The notes under the pieces are model-generated. The model ran no database searches and was not told the DNA's origin. It was given only the letters and a program-made list of their open reading frames with translations. A stretch of 64,000 nt of DNA from assembly GCF_002105155.1 (NCBI RefSeq), contig NW_019029003.1, forward strand, positions 1-64,000, read 5' to 3'. This DNA is from Lobosporangium transversale (lineage: Eukaryota). The position numbers and the translations under genes are program-made. Below, in pieces: positions 1 through 12,584 of this stretch; position 1 is the stretch's first letter; the number at the start of each line of letters is the position of its first letter.

Positions 1-2284
1 TCTACGCTGTTCTCTCCTTCCCCAAGGCTGATGAGAAGAACTGGCGTGTCCTCGTCATGATTGAGCAGATTGTGGAAGATAGGAAAATCCTTGGATCAGG
101 CAACGATGCCGACAAGCGTGCTCTTGTTGAGGTATACGAAACAAACACAGTTACTTTTTTTCTTTTTTTCTTTTTTTTTTTTTAAAAAAAAAAAATTAAC
201 ACAGATATCCTGTATTTTAATATAATAGACCATATATCGAGCTTCCCAAAAGACCTTTCAATCTCCTCGCATCCTGCGCTTCTTGTTCTTTGCACTCGTT
301 GAGTTGGGTCAGTACGATGAAGCAGAGCTAGCATTGAAGGCGTATTTGGATCAGGTAGAAATCAACCTCAAGGTCAAGTCAGGAGCAGGGATTGTTGATG
401 ATCAACCCCTTACACACGAACAACGCATTCGCCAAGATACTGAATCAGATTACGACATTGCAGTTGTTATGGTGGAGGGTTCACGACTTTATGGCAAGGA
501 ACTCGGAAAACCTACTGAGGCACTCTCATGTGTGGAGCGTGCTCTTGCCAACATTCAACAGAACTTACAAAAGGAGGATACACACGAGCTGCTTTTCAAT
601 GCATATATTAATCAGGGCGTTGCACATTCTCTCCTGGCTTCCGATGGTTCGTTTTGTATCATCCATTTGTGTATACAGCATTCATGTCAAAGTACGACCA
701 ACTGATACAATTCAATATTAACTTTTTTTTTTATATTTTTTTTTTTTAAAAAAAATTATCATAGCACACGAGCCTGAAAAACGTCCTTCATTATATACCA
801 ATGCAATTGAGTCGTTTGAAAAGGCTATCGAGGTCTCACCAGAAGCCTTTGAGGGTCATTACTACCTTGCTCTTCAATTGGCAGAGATGAGAGAGGTCTC
901 CAAAGCCATTGCTGCGGTCAAGCAGAGCGTGGCTCTCAATGCATCACATATTCCTTCATGGCATCTTCTTGCGCTGTTGCTATCTGCACAAAAAGACTAC
1001 GAGCGTGCATTGAACATCTGTTCTGTAGCGTTGAAGGAGTCTGACTGGGATTTGCCACAGACGGATGGGTTGTCAGCGTCTCAGTTGGAAGGAGAAGATT
1101 ATCTTGCTCTTCGCATCACACAGGCGGCTCTGCAAGATCAACTTTATGGCCCGGAGTCAGCGTTGGAACCGCAGGAAGCACTCTTTGTTCTCTACACTAA
1201 AGTTTTTGCACCCGAGCCGGGTTCAGTAGGCGAGAGTCTATATGACATTCAGAATATTCGTCGTCGAGGTCAGAATGATGCAGAGCCTGGATCAACCATT
1301 GTAGGGCGTCCTCGTGCGAACAGCATCCTCAGTGTTAGGAGCAAGAGTGGCGCTTCTGATCATGGGCAAAATACTGGCCCTAACAATGGCAGCACCCTCG
1401 GTAAGATGTTTGCTCTATATCTTTTTTATTTTTTTTATTTTTATTATTTCATTCATTCTAGTGTTCTAATCAATCATCTCAATGCTAACCGTAAAACAGA
1501 CATCCCCAAGACGAACTACGCCTCCTCAATCACCTCCATTGGCTCTGCTGGGTCCAAGAAAAAGAGCAAAACGATTCCGCCTGCTGCCGCTGCTGCTGCT
1601 GCTGCTGCCGCCGCTAATGCGGCAGCTAATGCAGCAGCAGGAAAGACCGCCGCTCCTCAAGCTATCCAACGGCCAATAATGAAATCCGTACTTCGCACAG
1701 CTCGAGCTAATCACGTTCTGGCTACGCTCTGGCTCATGTCTGCCTCCGTGTTTAGACGATTGGATAGAATGGAGGAAGCTCTCAAAGCGATTGAAGAGGC
1801 TGAACGGGTCAATGCTTCCAATCCCGACGTTTGGTACCAGGTATAGTTCACAGTTTATATGTGGGCGAATGGCTCGGCTTTTTTTCTTTTTTTTTTTAGC
1901 ATCTACTCATTCGATGTCTGTTTCCAATATGTAAAATGCGTTCATTAGCTGGGTCTACTGTATGCTGCGCAGGGTAAGCAAGAGACAGCATCAGTCTCGT
2001 ATTCCAAAGCTCTTGCTTTAGCACCCTACCATCCTGCATGTTTGACCCGTGTAGGTCGATCATACTTGGAGACAGGCAGTGTAGAGATGGCTGAGAGTAT
2101 GTTGGAAACAACCACAAAGTCTCGAGGTTGGAACTATGCAGAGGCATGGTTCTATCTCGGAAAGGTCTTTGAAGCCTCTGATAGGTTGGCTCGCGCCAAG
2201 GAGTGTCTCTGGTATGCTTTAGACCTGGAGCGATCCCGACCCATTCGCGATTTCACAGATGCACTCCCAAGATACCTGGCTTAA
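1..2284 (+). CDS. TPR scaffold protein, YPP1/TTC7-like (PI4-kinase Stt4/PI4KA complex subunit), 5'-truncated by the window edge
   Basis: GT-AG exons <1-131, 229-646, 765-1400, 1500-1840 and 1949-2284 join in frame. Motifs typical of Ypp1/TTC7: YYLALQLAEMREVSKAIAAVKQS, SWHLLALLLSAQKDY, LWLMSASVFRR, C-terminal AEAWFYLGKVFE...AKECLWYALDLERSRPIRDF. Confidence 0.8.
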
Positions 2285-3120
2285 AAAAAAAAAAAATACC
2301 ATTCCTTCCTCCTTTTTATCCTTCGTAATATTCGTTTCGTTGCTAATATCTCTGTAAAAGAGACTACTATCCTTTTCTCTTCGTATATCTTAACGATGAG
2401 TTTTTTCTTTAATGAACTTTTGGGTTGCTTGATTTTTTTATTTTTTTTAATGAATGAGAGTTAATAAAGTTGGCAAATCCACTGGCAATGACTACTGAGC
2501 ATACTTGACACAAAAAATACAATCCTCCATCTGGGAGTTCTTTCCTTCACTGGTTCTATTATAACGTTGACGAGGCCTTGCTGTTAAAGAGCGAGCTTCA
2601 ATATTTTCAAAGTCGGAAAGGGCGACGGAGATCTCTATTAATTAAAAAGAATCTATTCCACCCTGATCATTCAACAGCTCTCTCTCCAAACTAAGCGTTG
2701 AGGTTTGTGTGATATTCTAATTTGCTTTTGGAGCACTCTCTCCCTGAATTACGGAAATGTGTTATTGGGATCGATGCGCTTGAATGCCTTGAAGGCGACA
2801 GATAAGACTATATCTTGGCCCGGTATAAGCTACAGGGTTGCAAGGACGTATTATAGTTTAGATATACCCAGTTACCTAGCTGAGGACCTTGCTACCGCAG
2901 TCAATCTTTCAGGATATTCAAAGTCTGTTGAAGTCCAGCAAGTTCATTGGAGCACAGACATTTCGGTGGCTTATCGAGACGAAGATGGGATCAAAACAGT
3001 ATTACAAAAGCTGTTTGAGTTCAAGACAAGCAAACGCTAAAGTAAAAAAAAATCAGTTATTCTCATTCTCTTATCTTTCTCTCAACTCTCAAATACCACA
3101 CAGAGTACTTCATATTCAAC

Positions 3121-4679
3121 ATGTCAGGAAGATTGCAATGCCGCATGTACGCCAACAAGTTCCCTGAAGGTGCGCATTGTTTCTAGCACAATGGCAATAC
3201 ATTGCATATTCCTTCTCAACTTGACCTAAATCTTTTTATTTTTTCTACAAAATACAGTGGATGACTTGGTCATGGTCAACGTTCGCCAGATCGCCGAAAT
3301 GGGAGCGTATGTTCAGTTACTAGAGTATGACAACATTGAAGGAATGATCTTGCTCAGTGAATTGTCTAGACGTCGTATTCGCTCTATCCAAAAGCTCATT
3401 CGTGTTGGCAAGAACGAAGTCGTCGTCGTCCTCAGAGTTGATAAAGAAAAGGGTAAGGACTTTACCACCAAAAAAAAACCCCTCCCTTATTGATTTTCCC
3501 CTTCTTCCTCTTTCTTTCTCTCAGCTCTCTTTACCTTAGATGTCAAAGCAGTTTTAACAACGAGTGCTTTTATATTCACTTTTTGGACACGATGACTCAG
3601 GATATGAATGCAGGATGGACCAATCTTTGACACACTCTGACACATGGACACGTTATCTTGACTGCGGCAAATCGACAAAATAAAAGAGCAAAGCACCGCC
3701 ATGCGGGGAAAATTAATTTCATTGAGCTGATTTACATTGGATTCGTTTGCTGTCATGTACCTTGATTTTTAGGATATATCGATCTTTCAAAGCGTCGTGT
3801 CTCAGCTACGGACATTATCAAATGTGAGGAACGTTACAACAAGTCCAAAGCTGTGCACTCGATCATGTCAACAGTTGCCAAGAAGGAAAATAAGGACTTG
3901 GAGACTCTTTATGAACAGTTGGCCTGGCCTTTGTATGCCAAGTATGGCCATGCTTATGATGCTTTCAAGGCTGCTCTCAAGTAAGTTGATCTTTTCATAT
4001 CATTTCGGAAAAAAAAAAAAAAAAAAAAATGCTAATGATATATACCCTTCTGACCATTTAAACCTTTTTTTAGCGAGCATGAAAAGGTTTTCGAAGGGTT
4101 GGAGATTGCAGAGAGCACGAGAGAAGAGTTGTTAAACAATATTAGACGTCGACTGACCCCTCAACCGATCAAAATCCGTGCAGATATCGAGGTGACTTGC
4201 TTTGATTACGAGGGTATTGATGCTATCAAAGCTGCATTCAAGGAGGCGGAGGCAGTTTCATTGCCCGATGTTCCTATTCGTGTCAAGTTGGTGGCCCCCC
4301 CACTTTATGTCATGATCACCAATGCTTTGGATAAACAGCTTGGAATCGATACAATGGAGAAGGCGATTGTCGTCCTCGAGGAAAGTATCAGGAAATCTAA
4401 TGGAAACATGGTCACCAAGATGAGTGTACGTACTTTTTTTTTTTTTTTTTTTTTTTTTTGGTGTTGCTGTAATTATAGGTTGATTTAAATCTTGTTTTAT
4501 CATCTCGTCCTGTTCACTTCCTTATTTTTATATCTTTTCGCTTTGAATCGTACTTATAGCCCAAGGCAGTTACTGAAGCCGATGATATGGAACTCGATCA
4601 ATTGTTGGCAAGAATTGACAAGGAGAATGCAGAAGTCTCTGGAGATGATGATGACTCAGCATCGGATGCTGATGTGTAA
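3121..4679 (+). CDS. SUI2: Translation initiation factor eIF2 alpha subunit
   Basis: Exons 3121-3169, 3258-3452, 3773-3980, 4074-4425 and 4560-4679. Translation [53 protein letters not shown] contains the Ser51 phospho-site context. Also [29 protein letters not shown] and an acidic C-terminus. Confidence 0.98.
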
Positions 4680-4906
4680 AGAGAAGAAGAGAGGAAGAAA
4701 AGCACTTTTATTTCTATTCTTTTATACTTTGTAGGTAGGACACGGTCATAGAGCATTGCATGGATAAAAAAAAAAATAAAAAAAAATAAAAAAAAAAAAA
4801 AGAATACATTCAGAAAAAGCTTGAATAAAATGTAACTATCATTATTATCATTTTATTTTATTCTACTAAATGTCAAAATCTCGGGTAATAAATGGTATCA
4901 TCCGAA

Positions 4907-7002
4907 TTATATATGGCGATGCTCGATAGCATGCACAGCATTATAGTCAACATGTACAAATGCTCTCTCGACGGTGTCTAACCTCTCCAGCGCACTTTGC
5001 AAAGATTCGCCCAGATCGTGCGCCTGTGATAGAGGGGTGTCAGGAGGTAGAACAATGTCGATTTCAGCGAAGAGTCCTTCGCCAACATAATATGCACGAA
5101 CAGTATCAATCAGCTGAATCAGATTAGAGAATCGGTAGGTCATGTATGTCAATTGCTGAATATCTGCTGCGGTTGCTGCCTGACCGGTCAACCGACGTAT
5201 GTTATACAAACAAGTGCCGGTCCATTCAGCTATGATATAGATGGAGAGTACAATGGCTCCAAAAGCGTCAAGCCACCAGAGCCCCAAATACTGTCCTGCG
5301 ACTGGGAAAAAGGTCGAGAAGATGTTAAAGATTACATCGTTTAGATGATCCTGCGCCAAGGCCTGAACACTCGAGCTGTCCTTCATGGTTCTACACCAAG
5401 CCCAAAGTAAAAATTTGACTAAGATATTGAGGCCCAAAAGCGAGAGAATTACAACACTGAGATTTACAGGTTCTGATGAGCCCTCCACTAGACGTTGGAA
5501 TGACTGAAGTATGACCTGTAAGAAGGATGTGACCATGACTGACGCAAAAACAATGACCCCTAGAGGCTCCATACGAGCTTTGCCTACTGGATAGCGATGT
5601 CCATCCGAGGTATTGTTGCGAAGTCGAGCAGAATACCAGATGATGGCCCCACTCAGGAGGTCCATTAGAGAATCAATCATGGAAGCTAACACTGCCAGAG
5701 AATCTGAAAAAAGAACTAACCAGATCTTGACAATTACCAAGAAAACATTAGCAAGAAAACTGACATTAATGGCCAAGCCCACTAAAGACGATGAAGAGAG
5801 TAGACTCATGTTAGGAAAGACTTCAAAAAAAAAAAAAAAAAAAAACGCAACCATTTGGTTGTAAAATGTAAGCAGTTTACCTTGTCTAGGGGAGGTCCTT
5901 ATCCGTTTTTTGTACTCTATCAATGGCGTTCCTTCCTCAAGATTAGTATCATCGTTGTCTGCTCGATATCCGCTGGCTTCTTCATAAGCAGTCGTTTTAT
6001 TTGCATCCCTGGATGAGAACTGCGCTGCAGCAGAGCTTGCTCCAGATGTTGATCTATAATTCGGTTTAATGCTTCCTTGACTACTGATATTCGCAGTTGT
6101 TGATAATAACTTGCTATCAGTTACTACTGGAGTAAATAGTGAGTCATAAGTGCGCGCTTGAGGTAATTTAGGCAGCTCCTCACATTTGGCCGCCTCATCT
6201 TCGCGATGCTCCTTTAAAATAGCCTCAGCCTCAGAGAATGAATCAAGAAGGAGATTCTAACGTAATGCATGATAAAATATGGTTAATACAACAACTTAAG
6301 ATTCACAAACCTCATTCTTTGAAATACACGCTCAGTAAAATAAACAAATATAAAAAAAAATACACGACAATTCCTTAATGACGATGACATAACTAATACG
6401 ATTCAAGGAAAAGAGTGACATACTAAAGATCGGTAGTATTCCTGAATGTGTTTACCCTTGATTGCCTTAATCTCGGATTCAGACTTCCGTGCGGCCTGGA
6501 AGACCTCAGGTCCTAGAACAGGTCGTGAAGGGATTACTTTGTAATACACACCTGATGTACGTCTCATCTCTCCTCGAGACTTGGACCTAGACTCTGTACG
6601 AGCACGGGCCACCCCTGGACAGGATGCACATCGACTGCTACTTGGCCAATCCTGTCCATGGCGACGTCCGAAGCGTTCACCGATCGTGGGTTTTGCAACT
6701 TCATGCACATGAGGTGTAGAGCACCCACTTGGTTCTTCGCTGTATTGCATTAGCTCAGGAGATGAAACAAGCCCTCCGGCCTCAACGGGAATGGATGCTT
6801 GTATGGATGAAGACAGAGGTACGGTAGGGGAAGAGGGTGTTGGTGGCTCCATATTGACAATCACGCCTCCTCCAGAAGAAATAGAAATGGAGGCAGAGGA
6901 AGGACGCATTAGATCCTCATCAGGAGTTGGCTCGCCCCGTGGTCGCTGCTTCTGTCTCGAGGAGAGAACAGTTTTTGTACGCTCGTCTCGTTTCTTGGGC
7001 AT
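4907..7002 (-). CDS. Cation diffusion facilitator (CDF/MTP) metal transporter, Mn-CDF-like
   Basis: Exons 7002-6424, 6256-5881 and 5781-4907. Motifs SLAVLASMIDSLMDLLSG, YPVGKARMEPLG, AQDHLNDVIFN, and C-terminal DTVRAY...AHDLGESLQSALERLDTVERAFVHVDY. Confidence 0.93.
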
Positions 7003-7698
7003 TGGAGTAAAAAAGAAAAATACCGTGGAGGTTTAAACTAATAACAGATCAATTTTGAAATAAAATATGTACAACACAAGAATTAATAAAAGAGAGCAAC
7101 AGAATGAATGAATAAAAAAAAAAAAAAAAAGAATTGAAAATGAAAATGAAAATAATGAAAAGTTGATCTTAATTGCGAATAAATGGAAGGATAGGGTAGG
7201 TGGTAGGAGCGAGAGAGGTAAAGGGGTTCGAATCATGCCTTTTTTTTTTTTTTTTTCATTTTTTTGTCTTGGTATTGATTCAGCATTGAATCAACACTTG
7301 TCCTCTTTCATCCCTTCAAGTATTTAAGTATCATTAAAAATGAGATTAACTATTTGTTCCGGACAGAGATCTTTAAACACAAAAGATGGACGGGTAGACA
7401 GCATATGAAAAATCATCCCTTTCTCTTTTTGGTAGCACAAGATCCGAGATATAGATGCCAATTGAAAAAGAAAGAAATTCTACAGCAATAAGGCCATACC
7501 AACATCTTATAATAGTTTTTTTTCTTTTTTTTTTTTTCTTTTTTTTTTTCTTTTTCAAAAATCCTGAAATAAAGTCACTTTGATAGTCTGGTTAAACATC
7601 GGCATTAGTTATTGTTTGAGCAGAAAAGTACAATATGGATCGCAGTGCTTTTCTTTTTATTTCTTTGATGACAACCTGACTCAAACCCATCAAGATAT

Positions 7699-9379
7699 TT
7701 AAGCCTTGGTGGTCTTGACAGCCTTGTTGACGATCTCGCGACGCTAACATTTGAGAAAATCCAGTCAAAAGTAAAAACCAATGTTAGTCTCTATTAACAT
7801 ATAGCAGCAAGATATCGGTGAAGAGATATTGGAATATCACGAATATGAGAGTGGATTAGAGTCAAAAATAAACTAAAACAAAACTTACGAGCTTCTTGTA
7901 CTTTTGAAGCTTGAAGCGGTCAAAGTCGCTGTTGCTAGCACGCTTGGCACGAGAAGCGATCTTCTTGGCCCAAGAGGTCTTAGCCCAGTTACCAGCAAGG
8001 TCCTGCTTTTGGATGGCAGCCTTGAGGACAGCCTGGCCAGCGTTGCGGGGGACCTTGATGACCAAGGGGGTCAAGGTCAAGCGACGGAAGGCATGGGCAG
8101 AGCGAGGAATGCCGGTGGTGGGGCCTTCAATGAGAGCCTAAGATTAAGGATAAAAATAAGAATTCAACGTGTTAAAAAGAATAGCGCTGTTGCCCAAAGT
8201 TTGTGATTAAATGCACTCTCCTCTTCGCCTATCCCAGCTTCAGTTTAGTGCTTTGTATTGTAGCCTGTCAAAGTAGTTGCTTTCATTTTTGTTCCATTGA
8301 GGTTGAATCAAATGCTTATGATGCTCGACTATCACCGCATAGGTCCAACTTCCGCTATTGTTAATTTGTTGATGGCTATTGAAGATAACAAGGTAGCTGG
8401 CTGAGTTACCCATAGAAAAGCATAACATCCCCCAGTAGACTGAGGATGGCATGAACTGAATCCAAGAGTCGATTTGCTGATTATTGATTCAGCGTATTGA
8501 AATCATTCCTCCATAAATGGAGCCATCCAGAGATGAATGCCATCAGATTGCTATATGGAAGCCAAACTGAATCTTATTCGAAGCAAACCCTGTCGGTTCT
8601 GCGTAATATAACATAGATCCTCAATATCTTCATTATCCACACAATGCCTTTGGATTCGTCCTGCTTCTTATCATGGGAGAAATACTGATTTTTTTTTTAA
8701 GGAAAAAAACGTACGCGGTTGTGGTCAATAATGTCGACGATAACGGCGAGCTTGCCGGCATCGGGACCATAGTTGATCATGACAACACGGCCGATTTCAA
8801 CGACACGCTGGAAGGTAGGAGTGCGCTATTGACGAATAAACGAGATGAAAGTAGATCTATTAGGTCAACCTTGTTTGCCGAACATTTACTAAAGGCGAAA
8901 AGCCCTTTCCCAGTAGTAAGAATGGAGTAGAATGACTTTTGCTGGTTGTTTAAAGTGTGTAATGGCTGCCTTCTCCAATTCGTAAGTTTCATAATGAGAT
9001 CGATTAACGTTTTGAAATCTGTCCATTAAGTTCTCAAGTTGTCTCTTGCCATTGACAAGATCCGTCCAGTCCATACAAAAGAAAATAAGGCCTTATCCAA
9101 TGCTTCCGACGATCCTGATCCTGTTAATTAACGCACCCATCTGCTTTTTTTTAAAGTTCCACATTAAATAAGATTGAAATCATTAATCCTGTCAAAAAAA
9201 AACACCCCATGATGTTCCTGTGGATGTCAATCTTCCAAAGGACAATAGGATCCTACTAATTCTCCTTCAAATGCTGTTGATGGATAGATAGATCGATGGA
9301 TGGATACTATGTCCTGTCTGTATAGACTATGATAGATAATGGATGTTGAATGCTATATATCGCCGTCACATACAGCCAT
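7699..9379 (-). CDS. RPL14: 60S ribosomal protein L14 (eL14)
   Basis: Exons 9379-9374 (ATG GCT|gtatgt), 8825-8715, 8137-7889 and 7743-7699. Translation [45 protein letters not shown]...[26 protein letters not shown]. The 6-nt first exon was chosen because it is the phase-0 ATG/donor that fits. Confidence 0.96.
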
Positions 9380-9501
9380 TTTTTGAAAAGACTAGACTTT
9401 AGAAGAGAGAACGTACATTGGTTCAGTACACCCAAAAATTTTAAGCAACACGCTGCCAGAATCGAACAATTGCTCTGTGGCTTGAAGTGGATGAAATTTA
9501 C

Positions 9502-10140
9502 CGGTGCACCTGCTTGATCCTGCCGTTTTTGTAAAGACCCCTTGATGCCCTGAGTACAAAAGTTCTTATTGTTACTATTGCTACCACTCTTCTTTTCTAA
9601 CTTTCTGGCCTTGTGGCGGCGACTGATTATACGGTGGTAGGTCAACTCAGTCTCAGCTTCAGCCTTTTTGTCCTTGGCGGCCTCTTCCGCAATCTCACAC
9701 TTCCTATAGTTTTTGAATATATTTCGGTGGTGGTGAGGGTGGCCCTTGGGATGAAGCTCAAGCGCGCGCTTGCTCACTTTGTAATGAATAGGTGCCTTTG
9801 CCCTTACCTTTGCCTTCGCCCTTAATGCAGGCTTCTTGTGATGGCTATGACCCCTATTGTCGTAGTGCTGAGAAAAGATCTTACGATGCAAGACCACCTT
9901 CAGGTCAGCCTTGTTGCCTATATTTACATTTACAGAGGCAATCACATCGGCCCTCAAGACTGGAACGCCTGCGTTCTGCTGTAGCAAATCGAAACTGCTT
10001 CCTGGAAGCAGAACTCTTGTGGTGGTGTCTGTGAACAACATTGCGGCTGTGATTTTGTTAGTGGATATGCGAGGTTCGAGGCCAAGCACGGCTTGTTGGC
10101 CATGTTGAGCATCAGATGGGTTGAGAGAATGAAACGCATT
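9502..10140 (-). pseudogene. Possible exon or relic of a His/Lys-rich secreted-type protein
   Basis: An open frame of about 210 codons is bounded by a possible tag acceptor (10141-10143) and a gtaaat donor (9501). It has coding-like composition (ADVIASVNVNIGNKADLKVVLH) and Kex2-like sites (SKRA, QKRQ). There is no clear start or terminal exon, and it runs into the RPL14 promoter. Confidence 0.3.
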
Positions 10141-12584
10141 CTATCCTTTATTTTGAGTGCTTGATATTTTATAAGAGCTGGACCAAGTTATTATGAATGG
10201 ACACGCTAGAAGCAGATTATTGATTATGAATTATGAAAGTATAGAGAATAAGGAAAAACACGTCCTCTCATTCTTTTAAATATGTTCACAATAGGTAGGG
10301 ATGGGAATGGATTACTAACTCTCTTTCTTTGTATTGCATAGACAAAGTGACCAAGTCAAAAAAAGAAAAGGCAAGAAAACAAGACAGAGCAATAGCATCA
10401 GACATGACCTACTTTGGAATAGAATACTCGATACTCCGTCGCTTAATCACCTCAATTTTTCCTTGAATTTCGTATCGCATCCTTTATTTCTCTTTACAGT
10501 TTTTTATTAAGGAAATACAGCTCCTTCATGGCCGATTCCGAGGCATGAATCGACATGGTCATGAATCATTCACAACACTTCCACTAGATATGCCTTCAAT
10601 TGGATCCTGTGGCTGTCCCTGGTATTGTTCATATGAATTGGGCGAAGTACTGCGTTACCCAAGGCCGGATAACGTTTGTTGAAATGGATGTCTCCTTGCG
10701 GCCCGTGGACAGAGATCATGCTCGTCTAATACAATGCTTGTATCGGTTGATAACCTTCTATGGCCCGGGCCTGGATGGCTCGTACTATTCCCAAAGAAGC
10801 GTGGCCAGAATAAACGAGTTCTCAATTACCATTTTTGTCTTTGAATAATAATTTTTATTGAAACAGGCACTAAATGGTTTGTCAAGGGCCTTCAGACTTT
10901 AAAACACCCAATCAAACTATCGATTAAAAAAAAATAGAAAAAAGGATATTGTTCTTCGTAGTCGTCCTTCTTTCTGCTTTTCTTGTGTTATCTTAGCTTT
11001 ATCATGGCGTAACACGTAACTAACTTTTCCCTTGAGAAATAAAAGGATGTTCGGATGATCATGATTTAGACGGGCCTTTTCTTGTCATGATGCGGAAGAT
11101 TGCATATGGAAAATTAACAGTGGAAGATGATAAGGTAATGAACTAATTCAACGTAGACATGAGCCAGGAGTATTCTTTTATGTATGTGCAGTTTTTTTTT
11201 TTTTTTTTTTTTTAAATAGTCACCGTATGATATTCACCTAGTTTGACGACTTTTGAAAATTGGTGGTTATTCACGTACACAAGACACAGTTCGCCATCAT
11301 TTTTTGTCATAAAAAAAAGTGTTTGATAATCTTGAGAAAGGTCAGTCACCTTTGGCTACCCTATATATTTCTATTTCCTTTAACACTTTTTCCTCACATG
11401 CGATGGTCGAAAAAGAGTTGAGAAATAAATGCTGAGCGGTAAGCAATCCGCAAGTTCTTTCTTACCTCCGCTTCGCCGAAGTCATGATTGGTCCAACTGT
11501 TGAATAGAATGATCGTTGCTGTGTATACGAAAGCATGAGTCTAAAAATGATAGTTATAGGACACGTCCGTGAGCTGGAATAGGGAGATGGTGTCGGGAGT
11601 CCAATGTGTTGAGAGTAAAAAAAGGGCTTATTCATAAAGGAATGCAAAGACTCAATAATAAATTTCGATCTCCTCTTCTCTCCACACACATCTTCACTCT
11701 TTCAAAAGATCAGTTTGCAAGCCCATTTAACGATACAGCTCATCGCACATGTAGGTTATAAATCGGCGGAACATGAACAGGTAGGACAAATGGTGCCCTA
11801 TTGCTTTCTTGCTCGCTTTGATGTAAGCTTACTGATTATAGATTAAGCAGACAAGTGGCCGTGTGTAAACATTTTACGCTGCATGTCTACAGGCGCGGGG
11901 TCGTATACTATCAAGACACTATAAGTGTGCGATCTGATTATAACCCCCACCTTTCTTTGTCACTAGGCTGTTTTTAATGCGGTGATGATGATGACAATCA
12001 TGGCTATCTGCCGTCACTCGGATAGTCTCGGCTGTCCTTTTTATTTTTGTAAGGTTGCCCTGCTAGAAGGACTGTGTCGCATTATGGTTTCCTGTGAAAA
12101 TGAAAGAGGAAATAAATAAATAATAAAAAAAAGAAAACACTAAGAGTGTGCTCTAATTTATATTTTTTTTTATCAGCCATTCATGACGAGTGGGAATTGA
12201 ATATCCTGAGACAACTTATCGTTTAGAATAATTTTTCCATTCAATTGCCATTCGCCCCTTCGCCCCACGCCAGACTGGCTGCTTACAAAAACCAAAAGCG
12301 GGCATATAAAATAAATAAGCAGCCTCTGATCCATCTCTTTTCTTCATCCTTCTCTCTTTTCTTATTTGTTTGATTTTGTACTTTTTTCTTTTCTTTTCTT
12401 GTACACAAACATTCAGTAACCAAAAAACCAAAACCAAAGCCCTGAATATCCCTCAATTAACAAGCAAAAGATTCTCACTCTATCCCTCTCCCACGGTTCA
12501 TCTTCAATTAACAAGCAATACACATAGAACAGACAATAATCAATTTTATACCTTTTTCACTTCATACAATCATACATATTCGTC

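Noticed and set aside
2705..3040. 111-aa ORF upstream of eIF2-alpha
   Set aside because: No recognisable motif or splice structure; it lies in promoter DNA.
7220..7240. GGTTCGAATC, tRNA T-loop-like word
   Set aside because: No cloverleaf or acceptor stem in the flanks.
8138..9373. Intronic snoRNAs in the two long RPL14 introns
   Set aside because: Only imperfect C-box-like words (ATGAAGA, ATGATAA) and scattered CTGA, with no terminal stem or rRNA-complementary guide I could recognise. An Infernal/snoscan run would be needed.
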